NCBI GenBank assembly: GCA_965112155.1
Contig: OZ218102.1
Reading direction: 5' to 3' (one strand)
Source: Podarcis liolepis
Lineage: Eukaryota
Length of the DNA: 64,000 bases
The position numbers were made by a program, and so were the translations under genes. Below, piece by piece: positions 37,468 to 51,037 of the stretch. Under the pieces are notes generated by a model, which saw only the letters and a program-made list of their open reading frames with translations, was not told the DNA's origin and searched no databases. Within the stretch, counting starts at the first letter, position 1. Each line of letters opens with the position of its first letter.

Positions 37468-40400
37468 GTCACTAACTAATAAAATGAGAAGGGAGAGAGA
37501 GGGCAGAACAGGAAATCCAAAGAAAACGGCATTCCCATTCTGTGTTGATTATGGGACCCATTGAGCTCCATGCCCTTGGGAGTCTTCATCCCTTCCACAA
37601 AATCAGGTCAATCATAGGAGTCAACCTGACCATTTCCCCAACAGTACTGAGAACAAAAGTATTGAGAATGACTTACAGAAAAAGGCAAAAAAAACACCCC
37701 ACCTAATGAAAGGTTTGTTTTTGTTTGTTTTACTTTTAAGAGACAAGCACAGGAAAGAAGGGGGAAAGAGGAAAACAGACAGGAAAACCATCACCACCCC
37801 AGCTAGTCCCAAGTACTATGCCATCCCAATTGTACGTTTTACAAAAACTGCAGAATTATGAAAAAAGTGTTTTCAAATTGATGGTTCCTCTTGCCAAACA
37901 GATTAGCGATCTTTATCTTAGGCATCTGAATCTCATCAGTGTGAACACGCTTACAAGCATGCATTCCAACAACAGGTTTTCCTCTCACCTAGCCAAATGA
38001 AGATATGAGGACACAGACAAGTTTCACAGAAGCCTTTTCACCTGGAACAAAGACTTTAAATGATTAAATATTTCATCCATGGTGCTTTGCATTGAAATGA
38101 GGAAATCTCTCTTCCACAGCACTGTACCTTAGGCTGTGGAACAATCCACTGGCCATGCATTAGGCTCACAACGTATGCTCCTGAATGGTGATAATGCCCC
38201 TTGCTTTTCTGAATGAAAAAATGTGGGCGTATTTAGAAATTTCTCACTTTTGCATGGTTGGGGTGAAGTCTACTGTACACCTATTGCTCTAGTAACAGCC
38301 ATTTTTGCATCTGGTCCCACCCACCAATTACATGCAATCTGGAAAGTAGCCCAAAATGGACAGCAACATTCAGCCTGAAAAAAAGTTATTGCACCTACCA
38401 ACCAGCTGGAACTGCCCCTGTCCAGGAAAGACACAGGAAATAGAGCAACCGCTGAATGCACAATTCCTTTATACAGCAGAAAGGTCTCTGCCAGAAGTCT
38501 CTCACTTTTTGGATTAGAAATATATGTAAAATAAACAGGGCAATATAAGTATCTACTAAGGAAACCTTATGGAATATTGAAGCTTTTTATCCAGAAAGAG
38601 GGAGGGGACCTTCTTAAAATGTTATATGACTAGGAGAGTTAACATTTTTCCAATCGTACTTTCAGCTGGGAGGGGGGTTTTTTTAGTCCTAACTGCAGTG
38701 GTGAGAAGGTTAAAACTCCCCATCCCAGCTGTGACCTTCAATGAAAACACACACACATGACTACAATTACACTTGAAAGAAGCCTTCTGTGGGAGCCAAT
38801 AGAATACTTTTTTAAAACTCAACTGATGTGGAGGATGGGTGGGGTTTTTTTGAGAAAGAGGTGAGCTTGGGAGGGGAAGGTTAACTTCCTCTCCTTAGCT
38901 CTGTGACTCATCTGAAATCACCCATCCTCTGCTGTGACTCCCCCACTCCCAAAGCTGCTTGTCACCCATTGCAATTAGATTTTAACAAGCAATCTATTGG
39001 CTTCAAAAGAAAGCTTCTTACAAGGCAAAGTCAACTCTTGAGCCAGTATAATCTACAATTATCCACTGTGTTTCACCAGTGTTTTTTACATATTGTCTAC
39101 ATTATTTCAGGCATAAATAGAAATATTTGTGATCCCCAGATGAAGGGAGCTATAGAAATTCTATAAATAACTAAACAGAAAATATTGAGATATATTGCTA
39201 CTTAATACAAGGGGGGAAACCCACAGCACATAGAAAGACACCACCCAAGTCATAATAAATCACTGATGAGGGACAGAAATGCAAAAGGCAACATTACATA
39301 GTTAAACATTTTCATACAAGCATTAGTTTCTTGATAGAGACCTTGGGTACTAGCATCCTGCTTAATGGATAATATGGGGATTTTAAAAAAAGAAACTTTA
39401 TGTAACAATCATACATTCATCAACAGGCTCGTGTACAAGGTCAAAAATCAAGCTATTTAGTAATGTGATTTTTTCTGCTTCCATTACAGAAATAAAATAA
39501 TTTTCTCTTAACTGAAGTTGTACAATTTTTTTTCAAAGAAATAGAAAGCACTGCATTTTCCACCTCAAATAAAAGTATTTAATATCTTAATAGTAAGTAA
39601 TGTATAAGGTTTGATAACTATAATCACATTATTGGAGAGATTTTACCTCTCCACAGCATTCTTTTTTAGAGTGGTAGAGATTAACAAAGACAGCAAGTCA
39701 CACTTCCCATTCCATATATTCTACAATATTCTGTCGCTCCTCTTCCAGCCTCCATATGGCACTTGAAAAATATATGCTCCAGAGGGTTTCTTTTGTAACT
39801 GTGAAATAATACAACCACCCCTCTTCTTGACAAACTGGGCAACACAAGAAGATGAGAGAAGTTATTCAACAAGCAAGTATATAAAGGATGTCAGGAGGGG
39901 CCCCATGAATAAGAAAAGAGAGGTATGGGAAACACGATGGAGGTGTCAAGGGTGAATTTAAGAGGTTCAAAAACCTTTACTACCCAGAAGACACAATATC
40001 TGCCTGTTCTCAATCTACAACAATGCTTGCTGCTTTGTCTGAATTCTGCAAAGGCCAAAATATCACCTGCTCTCTGGCCAATCAGCTCTCTACACTGCTC
40101 ATACAATCCTAATCCAAAACGATTGTTATAGTCAGAGGTTCCTCTCATCTGTCCTCCAAACAGAATAACTAAGTGAAAAACCAGCATTTTACTAGTGTTA
40201 GCCATAGCTGTTCCACAAGTTCCTGCCCCCTCCTGTTACCACGAAGACATTCCAACCTATCAAAACACAGGAATTAGCACACAGCTGTAGTACAACGTTA
40301 GTAGGTCTGCCTCAGGGTAGACCTATGCAAAATAATCTCAGATCATGCTCAGAGCTGTTTCCTTGAAAGCCACACCTAAGCAGCTGGGCCTCAGAAGTGG

Positions 40401-40887
40401 CTCTGATTCCTGAGCAGTCCTGCTGTTTAATTTGCTTTGGCTTCACCGACCTCCATCCTTTTTGTATGAGCAAGCACCACTGGACAAACTCTTGTTTTTA
40501 CAAAATGGATGGGGTTTGACAGAATTTATGTTAAGCTGTTAGGATAGCGTGGGAATCATGACTGTCACATTCTCCAAACAGCTCAAGGTGAGATGCATGG
40601 TTCTCTGTTCCCCCATGTTATCCTCACAGGAAGTTACACAGGCTGAAGTTACTGTTTGGTTGTGGATTAATCTTATGAGATAACAATGATTCAGGAGGCA
40701 GATGCAGCCTACACTTGCTAAAGCCCTTTATTTTTGAGGATCAGTGTTTCTCATCATGATCCCTCCTGCTCAAACCTGTGATAAAAGACTGTGGTGGCTA
40801 TGGAGATTTGGTTGTGGTAATAGTTTACTCCACTGCTCATTTTCCTTCTCTGAAGTCAATTATCAAGAATCTTGTCTTTACACACAC

Positions 40888-41124
40888 TTGATTGATTGAT
40901 TGATTGATTGATTGCAGTTATATCCCACCTTTTTCTCAAAGGAGCTCTAGGTGGGGTACATGGCTTTGCTCCTCCACATTTAATCCCCACAACAACCCTG
41001 TGAGGGAGGCTAGATTGAGAGGCAGTGACTGGTCCAAGGTCACCCAATGAGCTCCAAGGCCAAGTGAGGATTCGAACCCTGTTTTCCCAGGTTCTAGTCC
41101 AACACTCTAACCACTATACCACAC
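40888..41124 (-). mobile_element. Squam2/MIR-like SINE with (TCAA)n tail
   Basis: ccactataccacact (A-box rc), ggattcgaacc (B-box rc), ccaaggtcaccca, cacaacaaccctgtgagg, (ttga)n. Confidence 0.88.
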
Positions 41125-41251
41125 TTGTACTCTCTTCACTCTCTCAAACCTGTCTAGCCTAGCAGCTTGAAACCTAATTTAAAACCCATCCTCTCTGCCA
41201 CAAGCTTATTGTATGCTGATGGGTACATTCCTATGGTACACTTTCAATCAG

Positions 41252-41418
41252 AGGTTAGCCAATTTGCCATGGTTTACAGCAAAAATGAAACAATAGTCTA
41301 AAAACACTTTAAAGGCTAGTAAACTTATTGTTAAATAAACTTTTGTAATAAGCCCAAAAAAGCTTATGCAATATTTTTATTCCCATCTTTAAGATGTTAG
41401 TACTGTTGTTTTTGTTTC
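41252..41418. mobile_element. Degenerate inverted Penelope-like remnant
   Basis: gcaaaaa...cactttaaaggcta...ttattg...aaagcttatgc...tctttaagatg...gttgtttttg is a head-to-head arrangement typical of squamate Penelope termini. Confidence 0.5.
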
Positions 41419-42019
41419 CATAGCACTTTATACACTACTACAAAATGTAGAGTGGTTCAGGGGATGGGTTAGGGTGACGGACGTTAGATAGAGAGGCTGG
41501 CCCAAGGTCATACAGTGAGCTTTGTGGCTAAGTTTTGAACTTAACCCTGATCTCCCATGTTCTAATCCCCTTGATATACCTCCCTTGTATTCCACACTCT
41601 GGAAATAAGTAGATAAGGTGTGGAAGGGAGTGATATTTTCCCATCAGCTTGGAAATTTAGTTTTTTGTACCTATGCAGAAACTTTAAGAGTAACCAATTC
41701 AAGCTGCAATCCTGTACATACTGATCAAGGAACAATCTCCATGGTATTCATTGGGGCTTATTTCTGTCTAATGTATGGTTGTTGCAGTGTAGACCCACAC
41801 TAGAAATTGTGACAGCAATTCTGAAGCAAGGTAAGACACCTGGTTAGATGCAGTGATTAAATGTCCGCTGTTCCTTTGCAAAGGAGGATAGTAAGAGAAC
41901 CAGGACAGGTAGACACACATTCCTCCCAGCAGAAAGGCAAGTGTGACAGCAGGGACCACTTCTGAACCAAAGGTAATATAGTTAGCACCTCCCTAAACTG
42001 AAAAGTATTTGTACAACAG

Positions 42020-42147
42020 AAATGCTTGTGTTATAGTATCTTTGCAAGAGTGCTATGTCCAGCTTCCCACGGACATAGGGTAAAAACAGGATTTTGCTTA
42101 GATGGACCACTTTCCTGACCCTGTAGGTTCTTCTTATGTTCTTATGT
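42020..42147 (+). mobile_element. CR1 3' terminus
   Basis: aaacaggat...tagatggacc...ctgacc...ttcttatgttcttatg. Confidence 0.65.
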
Positions 42148-42518
42148 AACATCATTTACAGATCATGCAAAAGCCAGAAAAGCAGCCTCCTTGCTTTCTC
42201 TGCAACGTTTAACAGTCCTGATATTTACAGAAAAACACCACAGCAAATAAGCAAAAGCTTTGGCAATGCTGATAAATAACAACAAGCAAAAAGTACTTTA
42301 GTAGGAGCAGTTTCTCAAGTTTGGTGTCTGAACAACCAACCATCTCTAGCCTACCTCACAGGGCTATTAAGAAGATAAAAATGGAAAGGGGACGACAATG
42401 TACACATCCTTGAGCTCCTGAGAGGAAAATCAAGATACAAATGTTAGGAAACAATTAATATCTCTAGTTTCCCAACTCTCAGCACATCTTGTCAAACTCG
42501 ATAAACAAACAAACAAAA

Positions 42519-42726
42519 TCAGAGGCAGGGGGCCTTTTCAGTAATGGCGCCGCCCTGTGGAACGCCCTCCCAGCAGATGTCAAACAGATAAACAGTTATG
42601 TGATTTTTAAAAGTTTTTAGTGTGTGGTGTTGTATTGTGTTTTTACTATTTTTTGTTGGGAGCTGTCCAGAGTAGCTGGGTCAACCCAGTCAGATAAGTG
42701 GCATCATCATCACAATAATAATAATA
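42519..42726 (+). mobile_element. L2 LINE 3' end (lizard subfamily)
   Basis: ggccttttcagtaatggcg..ctgtggaacgccctccc (AFS..LWNALP), followed by a 3' UTR shared with 50794-51037. Confidence 0.8.
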
Positions 42727-43720
42727 CAGCCTATGGGAATTTTAACTTGCTGCAGCTGTAAGATATTTACTTTATTGTTGTGTTTGCTGGTTCATTTTGT
42801 ATTTTATAGTTATTAATATACAGTAACCATAAAACAAAAATAATAGCCCAGTGTTCAGTCAAACAGACGCTATAATGATCTCTCCAGCATTGCTGAGAGC
42901 AGGAGCTTTTGACTAGCATTACAGTTAGCAACCAGTTTAAAGGTATTTCACTCCCCCACATCACTTGAAACCAAATCCATATGAATGCATGGATGAATGT
43001 TACTTTAAAAAGAACCTTTGCTGACACCTAGCAGATAGATCATTAATTGCAATTTTTTTGCTACATTTTGGCAGGCCAACAAACATATAATTAACAAGTG
43101 AGCTTAAATATAGGAACTAGAATGAAATAAAACAACTCTTTTGCTTACTAATATTCCTTTTTATGCTGCATACTGGGGAATCTGATGCATTAGCTGTCTT
43201 GGCACCCCTATTTGTAATGATGCGACAAAAGTGACATGCTTAGCATGTTGCAACACTTGAAACAGAGCTGGGGGTCTAATGGCCAATTGCACTTTGGGAC
43301 TGCAGAGAAACTCAATCCTATAAAATGAAACAGCAGAGTAAACACCAACTAAATTGCCTTATATTTACATGTTTTTAGGCTACCAACAATAGTTAGATGT
43401 TATGCATAATACAAACGCAGTGACGTTCCAGTTGGATTTACACATACTTTTGGTACATGGAAAGGCATGAGTTTCTGTAGATGTATGATGCTGTGCCCAA
43501 ACCATACATCAAGTCACAAGTCCAAAATGTTTTCTCAAAAGTAAAATACATACATAGGTACAATACATTACTAAAAAGCACTATTAAAAGTTTTATGGTA
43601 CTGGTAAGTGTACTACCTACATATAGGAGAGAAAGTACCAAATCTACAAAAAGCCACAGACTTCTATTAAGTAAATGTACATGTGAATTTACCATGCTAT
43701 TTGAATTTTACATAACAATA

Positions 43721-43945
43721 CAGTGGTACCTCGGGTTACATACACTTCAGGTTACAGATTCCACTAACCCAGAAATAGTGCTTCAGGTTAAGAACTTGGC
43801 TTCAGGATGAGAACAGAAATCGTGCTCCGGCGGTGCGGCGGCAGCGGGAGGCCCCATTAGCTAAAGTGGTGCTTCAGGTTAAGAACAGTTTCAGGTTAAG
43901 TATGGACCTCCGGACCGAATTAAGTACTTAACCCAAGTACCACTG
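43721..43945. mobile_element. Tigger-type MITE family A (opposite orientation to 10595)
   Basis: CAGTGGTACCTC...GTACCACTG, TA TSD, reverse-complement homology to 10595-10842. Confidence 0.93.
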
Positions 43946-44254
43946 TAGTCTTCCTTCTACGTTTTCAATAATTTTGTCACATAGTAATTTCTGCATCCCC
44001 CGCCCCAGTCAAAATCTGTTTGCTAAATGTGGGACAGATACTTCTTAAAACTCTCTTGACAATGGTGCAGCTCAGATGCAACTTGGAGCAGGAGTAAGCA
44101 CCCTTTATATGCCTAGCTTAGTTTTAGAGTTTTATCCCTGTTTACAATGTCATTTTGGATGTTGTGGTTTAACACACAAGGAGATATCCTGTGAAGCCAG
44201 GTGTGTGAGAGAGGGAGGTTTGTTGGCCCAAGAATATTTTATATCAACACGGAA

Positions 44255-44772
44255 ATTGATCTGCTTCCAGGCCAAGTTCAATATTTTGGTACTAACGTAT
44301 AAGATTCTATGCATCTCAGAAACAACTTGCCTGAAGGACTCCTTACTTTACATACCAAGCAGGTCACTGTTCTGCAGGAGAATCAATTCCCCAAAATATC
44401 AGAAGCCCACTCCACAGCAACTCAGAGTAGGGCTTTCAGTGTGGCTGACACTGTTTTGAGGGAAAACGTACCTGTAGAAATATGGTCTGTGACTCCTTTA
44501 CAGCTTAAAATATCGATTTACAAACAGTCTGTAATTGAATATTTGTTGAGCGATGATTCTCCCAAAACTACCAAGATGGTTTCGGGGTATTTAGCTGAGA
44601 TTTATAAAGCTAAATCTAAAGTTGCCTGATTTATTCAATGGTGGCTATCTAGTCTTTTATATATTGTATGTGTTTGGATTATTAATGTATTTGGATGACT
44701 TTGTATGGTTTTATGATTTAATTGTTTAAATTTATGCCAATACAGGCCAATAACTAATAACTAACTAACTAA
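44255..44772 (+). mobile_element. Old L2 LINE 3' fragment
   Basis: LICFQAKFNILVLTYKIL and RAFSVA motifs, T-rich UTR, (TAAC)n tail. Confidence 0.7.
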
Positions 44773-44976
44773 TATGGCCTGTAATTTCTGGAAATAATTG
44801 AAGACATTTGTTTCAACAAGCTTTTCTAGGTGGGTGAAAAGGTCTCTTAGATGTTCATTTTGTGTTGTTTTACAACCTTCAGCTATTTTTGTACTGTTTT
44901 AAAAACTATTTTAAAACTATTTTTATGATACAGTTGTAAGTTGTCTTGACACACAGGTAAAACGTGGGTCCCAGAA

Positions 44977-45530
44977 GTGGTACGTGCTTCATTGGAGGTA
45001 CCACCTGCCTTGAAGGAGGAATTTCTGTGCTCTCTTCTTAAGACAACCACCCTGGACTCAGAAACGTTAGCAAACTATTGCCCAGCAATAAATAACTCCT
45101 TTCTGGGTAAGGTGCATGAGACAGTGGAGGTGGCACAGCTTCAGGGCGGTTTGGAGGAAGCTGATTACAGTGGAACCTTGGTTCTTGAATGGCTAAGTTG
45201 ATGAACAAATCAGCTCCCGAACGCCAAAAACCCAGAAGTGTTCTGGTTTTCAAAAGTTTTTCGGAAGCTGAACATCCGATGCAGCTGTTGACTATTGTTT
45301 CCTGGACGCCTGCACCAATTGGAAGCCACACCTTGGTTTTTGAATGTTTTGGGAGTTGAACAGACTTCTGGAACGGATTAAGTTTAAGAACCAAGGTTCC
45401 ACTGTACTTGAATCCATTCTGGTCTGGCTTCAGGTCTGGACATGGCACTGAAAATGCCTTGGTCACCCTGGCATAAATGACATTTATTGAGGGGGGCAGA
45501 AGGAGTGCCACCATCTCACTCTCTACAAGC
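44977..45530 (+). mobile_element. Old L2 RT fragment interrupted by a MITE
   Basis: VPPALKE...LLKTTTLDSETLANY...FLGKV...LEEADY | YLNPFWSGFRSGHGTENALVTL continues across the MITE. Confidence 0.85.
45168..45404. mobile_element. Tigger-type MITE family B, nested in L2
   Basis: TIR CAGTGGAACCTTGGTTCTT / AAGAACCAAGGTTCCACTG, TA TSD. Confidence 0.92.
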
Positions 45531-45788
45531 AACAACCAATTCATACACATTCAACTGACACGCAACTGCAAACACACACAACTCTGCAACTCGGGAGTGG
45601 CCGGAAAAGGGGGCCTGGTATAACGGGACAGAGTGGGCTTACATAAGGTTCACCAGCATGTGCGGGGGTCAGAAATGCAACCCGTGTGCAAAATGGTCAT
45701 TGTCTGTATAAGACTTAAGGAAACATCTTTATACATTTACAACCTAATACCACACAGTTGATATAAAATACATGAAAAATACACTAAC

Positions 45789-46394
45789 TTACAAGAGGAT
45801 CTGTCCTGGAGTGTCAACACAAGGGGGCTTGTGAAGAAGGCGCAGCAGAGACTGTACTTTTTGAGAATTCTAAGGAAAAACCATCTTCCGCAGAAACTGC
45901 TGCTTGCCTTCTATCACTGTGCCATTGAGAGCGTGCTCACTTATGGCTTATGTGTGTGGTACGGAAGCTGTACTACCCGGGACAGGTTGGGGTTGTGCAG
46001 AGTTGCTAAGGCAGCAGAGAGCATTGTTGGCTGCCCACTCTCCACCTTAGAGCAGATTTATGCCACAAGGTGCCATAGGAAGACACTGGACATAGTAAAA
46101 GATCCATCGCATCCTGGTCACTGTCTCTTCGAGCTCCTGCCGTCGGGACGGAGATACAGGACGATGAAGACAAGAACGAGCCGTCTTAAGAACAGCTTCT
46201 TCCCCAGAGCGATCTCGGCCCTGAATGGGAAGTCTGGACTTTGAAAGTCATCTAATCTTCCTTGCTGTATTATACTGTATTGTTTTAATTAGTGTTTTTA
46301 TAGTTGTTTTGATTTTGTGTGGAGTGCCCTACCTGGGTGGATGGAGCAGCCAAGTAATTTCGTTGTCCCCGAGAGGGGGCAATGACAATAAAGA

Positions 46395-46435
<41 letters not shown>
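45789..46435 (+). mobile_element. 5'-truncated Rex1/Babar-clade LINE (young)
   Basis: Open frame LQEDLSWSVNTRGLVKKAQQRLYFLRIL...AIESVLTY...VWYG...DPSHPGHCLFELLPSGRRYR...RLKNSFFP to the stop at 46244. The 3' UTR ends aatgacaataaa plus (ATT)n. Confidence 0.92.
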
Positions 46436-46437
<2 letters not shown>

Positions 46438-46955
46438 CTATTTATGACAATGAAATAAATGTGTAATGAACATAATTCAATAAAATATCCAAATGTAAAC
46501 TTTGAACCACAATTGCTCTGTTGTACTACATATTTTCCATAATCTACATATTCTATAGTTCTCTCCTACATATTACTTGTGGGACTTCTAATGCTTTCAG
46601 CTTCAACCAGGGGTACTGGGTTCAATTTCACACTCAAACCATGGATCTTGGGCCTGCCACTGCCTTTAAGCCTATGCTATTTTATAAGATTATTCTGGTG
46701 ATAAATGGGGAGGGGGGTCTCAATCACCCTGAAGTAAGATTGGGATACAAATGCAATAAGTTAATTGTCTATCCATGGAGTTTGATTGACCTCAAACTGA
46801 AAACAGTGCTGAGTCCTACCATTTCATTGACCAAGGCCTTTCATTTTTCATAGTAGGCAACTAAGCTCTAGTATTTCTATCATTTTTATCTTGCACCCTG
46901 GCAATTCATTATTTGATAAGTAAATTATAGTTTAACCTTCATAGTTATGGAATTA

Positions 46956-47124
46956 CCGTATTTTTCGCTCTATAACACGCACCCGACCATAACACGCACA
47001 TAGTTTTTAGAGGAGGAAAATCCATAGGCATGCCACCCGTAGGCATACCCTCCATAACACGCACAGACATTTCCCCTTACTTTTTAGGAGGAAAAAAGTG
47101 AGTGTTAAGATGCAAAAAATACGG
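46956..47124. mobile_element. Tc2/pogo-type MITE
   Basis: TIR CCGTATTTTT / AAAAATACGG, TA TSD, three internal ATAACACGCAC repeats. Confidence 0.88.
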
Positions 47125-47928
47125 TAGTTCAGTAATGATACCTTTTTACAACAATCAAATATGTGGTACTATTTGTATCAAGGAAAAATTGAACCTGCAT
47201 AAACAATATCTTATTGATGCATAAATATCTGAAACAGTAGCAGGTGCCAGGCAATACCCAGATTCTCTTGAGTATGGGTGCCTTTAATGAAAGGTTACCT
47301 GCCCTAAACCTTACATAAGATGACGAAACCCCATGCTTAATACACACACCCCCGACTATATTCAAAAATGTCTCATGCCTAATGCATTTCTCTTCAAATA
47401 CTCCCCCATGAGTTTAGCAATCTTATACCATCTAAGCAAAACCAGTCATAAATTGTCCAATGTAACACATGCTTAAAGTGACAAAATTGTGGCTCTGATC
47501 TTAGAGCCCTCCTGGCCATACGACTTGGATTGAGGAAAATGGTGGAATCACAATGCAGGCAACAGTCGACAGTCTTCTTTTAGCAACCATCCCCTCTTGA
47601 TGAAAATGCAGTAGCTAAATAGCTTTCTCCTTCCATTCAGCCATCTGCTGTAGATGTAATAAGGTACATAGCTCTGCACCAGCCATTATTATTGATAAAA
47701 CAAAACCAGTCTCTCCTAATCTTTAGATCAGGATGTTTAATCTTACTAGTCTACAGAGAAAGTTATTCTCTTTCACGGGACTGCTAACTAAAGGCATTGT
47801 AGTTTTTCCTCCCTCTCTCTTCTGTGATGTGTACAGCACACTTTGTGCCAGCAACCTCCCTTGAGTTCAGTGCTATGTTCCAGATTATCAACCAGCATGT
47901 TGTGTGTGTTTGGTTTTGATCAAAAAAA

Positions 47929-47930
<2 letters not shown>

Positions 47931-47991
<61 letters not shown>
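47931..47991. repeat. (AT)n(AC)n microsatellite
   Basis: Seen directly. Confidence 0.97.
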
Positions 47992-47995
<4 letters not shown>

Positions 47996-48972
47996 TTCAC
48001 CAAATACATCTAACAATTCACCAGAAAAGGCTATATGTCAAAATACGTTGGCACAAAAAGCATTGCACAAAAATAAAATTAAGGGAAATAAATGTGAGTG
48101 GAGGACAACAATGGATATAATACTTTGTATTTCTATTTTAAATGCCTCTCTCTATGCTATATGCATAGTAGCTAAAGGCAAGCTGGAAACCAGCCAGGTC
48201 CTGGCTGCCAGCAAAAATTTTGTCACCTCCTTTGAACATCTGAAGTATGTTTACCCAATAGATTTCATTAAATTACACTTCCATTAGGAAGCATACAATG
48301 TTGATACGCATCTCAAAGATAAAAGGGATTGCTAAGAGGCATGTCATCCTGCTCCCCAGCTGATTGCTATTTCTGGGCCAATCAAGGAAAGGAGCCAGAA
48401 CAATACTTAGTTAAAAAAAAATGCAGCATCTCCCCAAGGACTCCATGCTAAGAGACTGCAGCTCCATTATCAAAATGAGCATATCATTAATGACAATACA
48501 AATACAGTGCGTTATTTTAATACAACTCGTACACAACAAAACAAGCTGTATTTGGGTCATTAGTTGAATTTGTAAAGCAGTATTTCCCAGGGTTAGCAAC
48601 TCTTTACTAAGGCAAGAAGTTTTTTTCAGGTTGGTAAGGACAAGGTGAAGATTTCAACCCAAAATTCAAGGCATCCTCTCAGCATCCATGAGCAGCAGAG
48701 ATTTTTGAGAACTTTATAGTACCTACAAGCAAGTTAAGCAGAAGCCATTCATTTACATAAAACAACAAACCATTTCACCATTACAATCTGTGTGATTAAA
48801 TATTATGCAGGGAGGTTTAATGCAAAACACCAGAAGCATAACTTAAACTGCCACAGGTATGAATTTTCAAATCATTTATTTGAAAAATTGCATACTGTTT
48901 GCCAACTGGCACAACCACCCAAGGGTAGACAAAAATGTCAAATTCATGGATGGGGGAGAAAGCATATTTATA

Positions 48973-49187
48973 CAGTGGTACCTCGGGTTACAAACGCTTC
49001 AGGTTACAAACTCTGCTAACCCGGAAGTAGTTACCTCCGGTTGTGAACTTTGCCCCAGGATGAGAATGGAAATTGCACAGCAGCAGCAGAAGGCTCCATT
49101 AGCGAAAGGGCACCTCAGGTTAAGAACGGTTTCAGGTTAAGAATGGACCTCCAGAACTAATTACGTTCGTAACCTGAGGTACCACTG
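48973..49187. mobile_element. Tigger-type MITE, family A variant
   Basis: CAGTGGTACCTC / GAGGTACCACTG, TA TSD. Confidence 0.92.
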
Positions 49188-49409
49188 TATTTGGAAATGA
49201 GAGAGAATGCTATAATTTTTATTTTATTTTTTGAGTGAGAGGTACTTAAGTACAAAGACGTGGACTGCTGAATTGATTGTAATCCTAATCCCAGTTACCC
49301 TAGAGTAAACCCCACTGAATTCAAAAAGATATAGACATCTGAGTAGAAATGGCTGGGACTGGGCTGTTAATCTGTGAGTATTACTAGCCCTGGCTATGTG
49401 TACTTTCTT

Positions 49410-49595
49410 AGGAAAGATGTCTTACATCAGGTCAGATCACTGGTTCATCTAAAGCAGTACTGCCCCCACTGACTAGCAGCACGTCTCCATGGTTTCAGAT
49501 GAGGGTGTTCCCCCACCTGACTCAAAGATGAAAGGGACACGACTTGAACTGTCTCAACACAAGGCATGTACTGTAACACTGATTCTGGCCCTTCA
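49410..49595 (-). mobile_element. Degenerate Squam3-type SINE
   Basis: gtcagatcactggttcatcta...ctgactagcagc...tctccatggtttcag...acactga. Confidence 0.65.
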
Positions 49596-50793
49596 CCGTT
49601 ATATTTCACAACGTGTCTTAAGCAATGGTCTGGCAAGTTATTGACCTAAAAGGAAATGGTACTCATTCTGCAGTAATTTACAGCAAACTGATGCTTCCGA
49701 TGCTTTTTTTCTTTTTTTTTAAGAAACAACAAATGAAAATGTGATGAATTCCTCATTTAAACTAAGACTTCAGAACAAAATGTTGGGGAATTTACAGCTG
49801 ATCCTCATTGATACCAACCTTATTGAGATCAACCAACTGGCACATAGCCATCTCAACAAATGTTCTTACACAATATTATGCAACTTCAATTTCAGCTGAT
49901 TTCTTTCAACAGGGAGACAAGCTTTTGGTTGAGCTATATTTGACATACCATATGAACTCTAATTATCTGTCTTTTTGCAATTAATCTTCTCACAATTACA
50001 TTTCCTGCACCTATAAGCATCCAGCTGGGAACAGAGTTTTAATCTAGGAAATAAAAAAAGACGACTCAGGTTTCTAACAAATTGCTTCTAATTAACCAGA
50101 ACCTTTCCTAGTCATTCCAACCTAAAGATGCCTACAGCAAGTTAAACTTTTTTTGTTTGTGTTCTTAATTATATTTTTACAATTTCATTAAAATTTCCCT
50201 GATGAATAAGTAGCTTGTTGGATATGCAAAACTCTTATCATTTAACTAAACAAATATTCTGCTGAGAAATAGATATGCAATAAAAAAAGCTAAGTAACCA
50301 CATTTTTTAAAAATGAAACAATGGAATAATGAAACACTGATATGCAACAAATTTAGAAGACAAAGCCTCATAAATCAATGGGGGGAAAGGTACATACAGG
50401 CTAAATCGAGGAACACCAGTGAGGATTCCAGACCGATATACTTTGAATACCGGTAGTTAAGGTTTAGGATGATTTGGAGAAATCTGTTCGCACATATGCC
50501 TACTGCGTTCATCTGCCCATGGGACCACCTATTCCTCCTGTCTTCCCACTAGTATTTCTCCCACACTCCTTTCCATCAACTCTGGAGTGTCTTCTAGTAC
50601 AACAGGCTAAGCTACCATGTTTCCTTGTTCATTGCCATATGCTCTTACCATAAGGAACTTAAATCCAGAACTGAAATGGAAGTGACACAGACAATTTCAC
50701 AAATGAAATTGCTTCACAATATTATAATTATCCCACAATAAAGTCCAAAAAGGAATTTATGCAGCAAAATGTTGCAATAATAATAACAATACA

Positions 50794-51037
50794 ATTGTTA
50801 CTGTTGTTGTTATTTATACCCCACCCATCTGGCTGGGTTTCCCCAGCCACTCTGGGCAGCTCCCAACAGAATATTAAAAACACGATAAAACATCAAACAT
50901 TAAAAACTTCCCCAAACAGGACTGCCTTTAGATTTTTTCTAAAAGTCAGGTGGTTGTTTATTTCCTTGACATCTGATAGGAGGGCGTTCCACAGCGCGGG
51001 CGCCACTACCGAAAAGGCCCTCTGCCTGGTTCTCCTG
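50794..51037 (-). mobile_element. L2 LINE 3' end (lizard subfamily)
   Basis: gggagggcgttccacagcgcgggcgccactaccgaaaaggccct is the rc of RAFSVVAPALWNALP; includes 3' UTR and tail. Confidence 0.88.

Noticed and set aside
45831-46244. 137-aa intact ORF as a host gene
   Set aside because: It is the C-terminus of a truncated Rex1 LINE protein, with no true start.
50398-50670. Possible cryptic minus-strand exon
   Set aside because: Weak splice sites and no recognisable coding similarity.
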